From Mobula birostris (taxonomy: Eukaryota): a DNA stretch of 64,000 bases. Below, piece by piece: positions 59,726-64,000 of the stretch. Numbering within the stretch: the stretch's first letter is position 1; the number at the start of each line of letters is the position of its first letter. The stretch lies in NCBI RefSeq assembly GCF_030028105.1, contig NC_092401.1, positions 7,474,984 to 7,538,983 of the forward strand, in the 5' to 3' direction. Made by a program: the position numbers and the translations under genes. A model generated the notes under the pieces. That model was not told where the DNA came from. It saw only the letters and a list, made by a program, of their open reading frames with translations, and did not search any database.

Positions 59726-62477
59726 GCAGATCGAATGGGGAAAATCAGGCTGGTAGTGGATCTCAAGACAGAGTTTGTTGAATGCCTAAGAGATAGGTTT
59801 TTAGAGCAGTGTGCCGTTGAGCCTCCAGGGGATCAGCTATACTGGATTGGGCGTTATGCAATGAACTGGAGGTGATTAGAGAGTTTAAGGTAAAAGAACT
59901 CTTAGAAGTCAGTGATCAAAATATGATTGAGTTCAGCTTGAAATTTGATAGGGAGAAAGTAAAGTCTGACTTAGCAGTATTTCAGTGGAGTAAAGGAAAT
60001 TACAGTGGTATGAGAGAGGAGTCGGCCAAAGTTAATTGGACAGAGGTGCTGACAGGGATGACAGCAGAGCAGCAATGGCGTGAGTTTCCGAGAAAAATAA
60101 GGAAAGTGTAGTGTAGATGTATTCCAAAAACAAAGAAATACTCAAATGGCAAAACAAATGGCAAATACTCAAATGGCAGACAAGGGAAGTCAAAACTAAT
60201 GTAAAAGCAAAAGAGTGGGCATACAACAAAGTAAAAATTAGTGGGAAGACAGAGGATTGGAAAGTTTTTAAAAACCTACAGAGAGCAACAAAAAGAATCA
60301 TTAGGAGGGAAAAGGTGAAATATGAAAGCAAGTTAGCAATAGTGAAAGCTTTTTCAAGCATGTAAAAAATAAATAAAAGAGAGATGAGCGGATATGTGAC
60401 CACTAGAAAATGAGACCGGAGAAATAATAATGGGGGACAAGGAGATGGCTGATGAACTAAATGAGTATTTTGCATCACTCTTCACTGTGGAAGATACCAG
60501 CAGTGTTGAAGTGTGTGAAGGAAGAGAAGTGAGTGCAGTTACCATTACAAGGGAGATGGTGCTCTCAAAGCTGAAAGACCTAAGGGTACATAAGTTACCT
60601 GGACCAGATAAACTGCACCCTGAGGTTCTGAAAGAGGTAGCGGTAGAGATTGTGGAGGCATTAGAAATGATCTTTCAAAAATAATTAGACTTTGGTATCC
60701 TGTAACTCCACTCTTTAGGAAAGGAGGAAGGCAGCAGAAAGGAAGCTATAGACCAGTTAGTCTGACTTCAACGGTTGGGAAGATGTTGGAGTCAATTGTT
60801 AAGCATAAGTTATTGGGTACTTGGTAACACAGGACAAGATAGGACAAAGTCAACATGGTTTCCTTAAGGGAAAATCTTGCCTGACGAACCTATTGGAATT
60901 CTTTGAGGAGATTACAAGTAGGATAGATAAAAGGGATGCAGTGGATGTTGTATATTTGGACTTTCAGAAGGCCTTTGACAACTTGCCACACATGAGGCTG
61001 CTTACCAAGTTAAGAGCCCATGGTATTACAGGAAAGTTACTGGCATGGTTAGAGCATTGGCTGATTGGTAGGAGGCAAAGAGTGGGAATAAAGGATCCTT
61101 TTTCTGGTTGGCTGCCAGTGACTAGTGGTGTTGGGACCACTAGCCACAATATTAATGAATTAGATCATGAAATAGATGGCTTTGTTGCCAAGTTTGCAGA
61201 TGATAAGATGATTAGTGGAGGGGCAAGTAGTGTTGAGGAAACAAGTAGGCTGCAGAAGGACTTGGACAGATTAGGAGAACGGGCAGGAGGGTGGCAAATG
61301 AAATACAATGTTGGAAAATGCATGGTCATGCACTTTGGTAGTAGAAATAAATGTGCAGACTATTTTCTAAACAGGGAGAAAATCCAAAAATCTGAGATGC
61401 AAAGGCACTTGGGAGTCCTTGTGTAGAACGTCCTAAGGGTTAACTTGTAGGTAGAGTCAGTGAGAGGAAGGTAAATGCAATGTTAGCATTCATTTCAAGA
61501 GGTTTAGAATACAATAGCAGGGATGTGATGCTGAGGCTTTACAATACAGTAACAATTATGGTGATTTTCAACGTTTATATTTGGAAATCCTGATACTCCA
61601 CTATCTGGAATGCAGTGTATTTGGCCAGAGGCATGGGTCAGGAATGCAGGCTGAGTTAGTGGACCAGGACGACCCACTATAGGAATGATGTTGAGGCTTT
61701 GAAGAGGGTGCAGAAGAGGTTTAGCAGGATGCTGCCTGGTTTAGAGGGCATGTACTATCATGAGAAGCTGGATAAACTTGTGGTGTTTTCTCTGGAACGG
61801 CAGAGGCTGAGGGGAGATCTGATAGAGGTTTACAAGATTATGGGAGGCACAGACAGAGTAGACGGAGAGTGTCTGTTTCCTAGGGTTGAAATGTCTAATA
61901 CCAGAGGGCATACACTGAAGGTGAGAAGGGGTAGTTTCAAAGGGGAAGTGAGCAGCAAGTTTTTTTACTCAGGGAGTAGTGGATACCTGGAATGCGCTAC
62001 CTGGTATGGTGGTAGAGGCAAACATATTAGAGGCTTTTAGGAGAGATTTAGATAGGCACAAGGAGGTAAGGAAGATGGAGGGTTATGGGCATTGTGTAGG
62101 GAGGAGGGATGAGTGTTTGGAAGTTTTTGATTTGCTCTTTAGCTGGTTTGGTACAACATTGTGGGCTGAAGGGTCTGTTTCTGTGCTGTACTGTTCTGTG
62201 CTCTATTAAGTTCACTGGAAAAGGTATTATACTATTGTGTAAATATAAAAGGTGAAATAAAATTGTTTGGATTTTAGGAGTAATATCCAATAGCCCAGCA
62301 AATCTATTCATCTGCCACCACCAAATTCCTGAAGGTGCCAAATTATTGGGATCTGGTCAATAAGACGAATGGTAGGACCCAGCGGCAGTAAGAGCGGTCC
62401 CAGTCTGGAGAGGGTCAGGACCTCGGTCCGAGCTGGATCTGGAGCTGATAAGACGAGCCGTAGGACCCAGTGGAAAA

Positions 62478-63710
62478 GATGACTGTCCACTGAGATCTTT
62501 TAGAAGTCCACTGACTCTCATAACTACCTCAACTATACCTCTTCCCACCCTGCAACATGCAAAACTGCCATTCCCTATTCCCAATTCCTCCATCTCCGCC
62601 GCATCTGCTCCCAGGATGAGGCTTTCCGTTCCAGGATATCTCAAATGTCCACTTTCTTTAAGGATCGTGGTTTCTCTTCTGCCGTCATCAATGATGCCCT
62701 CACCCGCATCTCCTCCATTTCCCGCACTTTGGCCCTCACCCCATCCTCCTGCCACCACAACAGGGACAGAGTTCCCTTTGTCCTCACCTACCACCCCACC
62801 AGCCTCCGAATCCAGCACATTATCCTCCGCAACTTCCGCCACCTTCAACAGGACCCCACCACTAAGCACGTCATTCCCTCTCCACCCCTCCCCGCTTTCC
62901 ACAGGGATTGTTCCCTCTGCGACTCCCTGATCCACACGTCCCTCCCCACGGATCTCCCACCCGGCACTTATCCCTGTAAGCGTAAGTGCTACACCTGTCC
63001 CTACACCTCCTCTCTTGCCACCACTCAGGGCCCCAAACAGCCCTTCCAGGTGAGGCAACACTTCACTTGTGAGTCTGTTGGGGTCATCTATTGCATCCGG
63101 TGCTCCCGGTGCGGCCTCCTCTACATCGGTGAAACCTGACGCAGATTGGGGACCGCTTCGTCGAGCACCTCTGCTCCGTCCGCCATAACAGACAGGATCT
63201 TCCGGTTGCCACCCACTTCAACTCTGCTTCACATTCCCATTCGGATATGTCCATACATGGCCTTCTCTACTGCCATGATGAGACTAAACTTAGGTTGGAG
63301 GAGCAACACCTCATATACCATCTGGGTAGTCTCCAGCCCCTTGGTATGAACACGGAGTTCTCCAATTTCCGTTAATTCCCTCCCCCCCTCCCCCAGCTGT
63401 CTACTACCTCCCTCATGGTTCCGCCTCCTTCTACTACCCATTGTGCTTTCCCCTATTCCTTCTTCATCTTTCCTGTCTATCTCCTCCCTGCCTCCCCTCC
63501 CCCACCCCTTGATCTTTCCCCGAACTGGTTTTTCACCTGGAACCTACCAGCCTTCTCCTTCCCACCCTCCCCCAACCTTCTTTATAAGGCCTCTGCCCCT
63601 TCCCTCTTCAGTCCTGACGAAGGTTTCTGGCCCAAATGTTGTCTGTTCTTTTTCCACGGATGCTGCCCGACCTGCTGAATTCCTTCAGCATGTTGTGAGT
63701 GTTGCCAAGT
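62478..63710 (+). mobile_element. 5'-truncated Penelope-like element (RT thumb, GIY-YIG, pLTR)
   Basis: TDSHNYLNYTSSHP, PYSQFL.LRRICS, FFKDRGF, GVIYCIRCSRCGLLYIGET; stop immediately after; pyrimidine-rich 3' UTR and degenerate hammerhead. Confidence 0.92.
63609..63645 (+). ncRNA. Degenerate hammerhead motif at the 3' end of a Penelope element
   Basis: CAGTC-CTGACGA-AGGTTTCTGGCCC-AAATGTT-GTCTG; G12 missing. Confidence 0.6.
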
Positions 63711-64000
63711 TTTTGGAATATTTACTGGAGTTTCTGTATGCCAGAGGCGGAGGAGGTGAATGTTTTATACAACAGACAGCGGTGTGCTAACTTAGCAAAC
63801 TGGGCTGTTCTGGTGATGTTGGAATATCTTACCTTCTTTTTTAATTAATTTTTGAGATCTGGGTGCTGCTGGAAAGGCCAGAATTTAATACCATTTTCTA
63901 ATTAACCTCAAGAAAGTGTTACAAGACACCAACTGAAGCCGCCGTGAGTTTTCCGATAAAGGCATCCCTTGACATCCATTTCAGATTGATCACTTGAAGG

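Larger units (their letters stand above)
56590..62210 (+). mobile_element. Near full-length CR1 LINE, split by a solo LTR
   Basis: EN YLNA.SI, VITE.WL, VMGDFN; RT SQHGFLKGKSCLTNL, DFQKAFD, FADD; 3' tail near 62205. The last 530 bp may be a separate CR1 copy. Confidence 0.88.

Noticed and set aside
62357-63061. 234-aa minus-strand ORF
   Set aside because: Antisense shadow of the Penelope ORF, with no recognisable domain.

Overview
Eukaryotic, repeat-dense window. The repeat spectrum (abundant CR1, Rex/Babar, RTE, Penelope, Tc1) suggests a cartilaginous fish, probably a ray or skate; this is inference. One complete host gene is present on the minus strand: a 6-exon ICAM-family adhesion molecule (CDS 55115 to 23021, all introns GT-AG and phase 1, 1392 nt, 463 aa). 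It has a signal peptide, 4 Ig domains, a TM segment and a short tail, and a promoter with tandem NF-kB-like sites. Most of the remainder is nested transposable elements. Points worth follow-up: (i) at least 11 full-length or internally deleted, plus 2 half, Penelope-type minimal type I hammerhead ribozyme motifs, one intact and sense-oriented in intron 4 of the ICAM pre-mRNA, and several forming short TSD-flanked (11-14 bp) units or fold-back palindromes that break at the ribozyme; (ii) a two-LTR mini-retrotransposon with only 182 bp of internal sequence that retains a Tf1/sushi-type self-priming signal; (iii) a Penelope insertion carrying snippets that match the CR1 element it landed in; (iv) a non-coding retroposon family in 3 copies with a 3' stem-loop. 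All annotation is by eye. TE family names come from recalled motif similarity, not database searches, and TE boundaries without a stated TSD are approximate (tens of bp).
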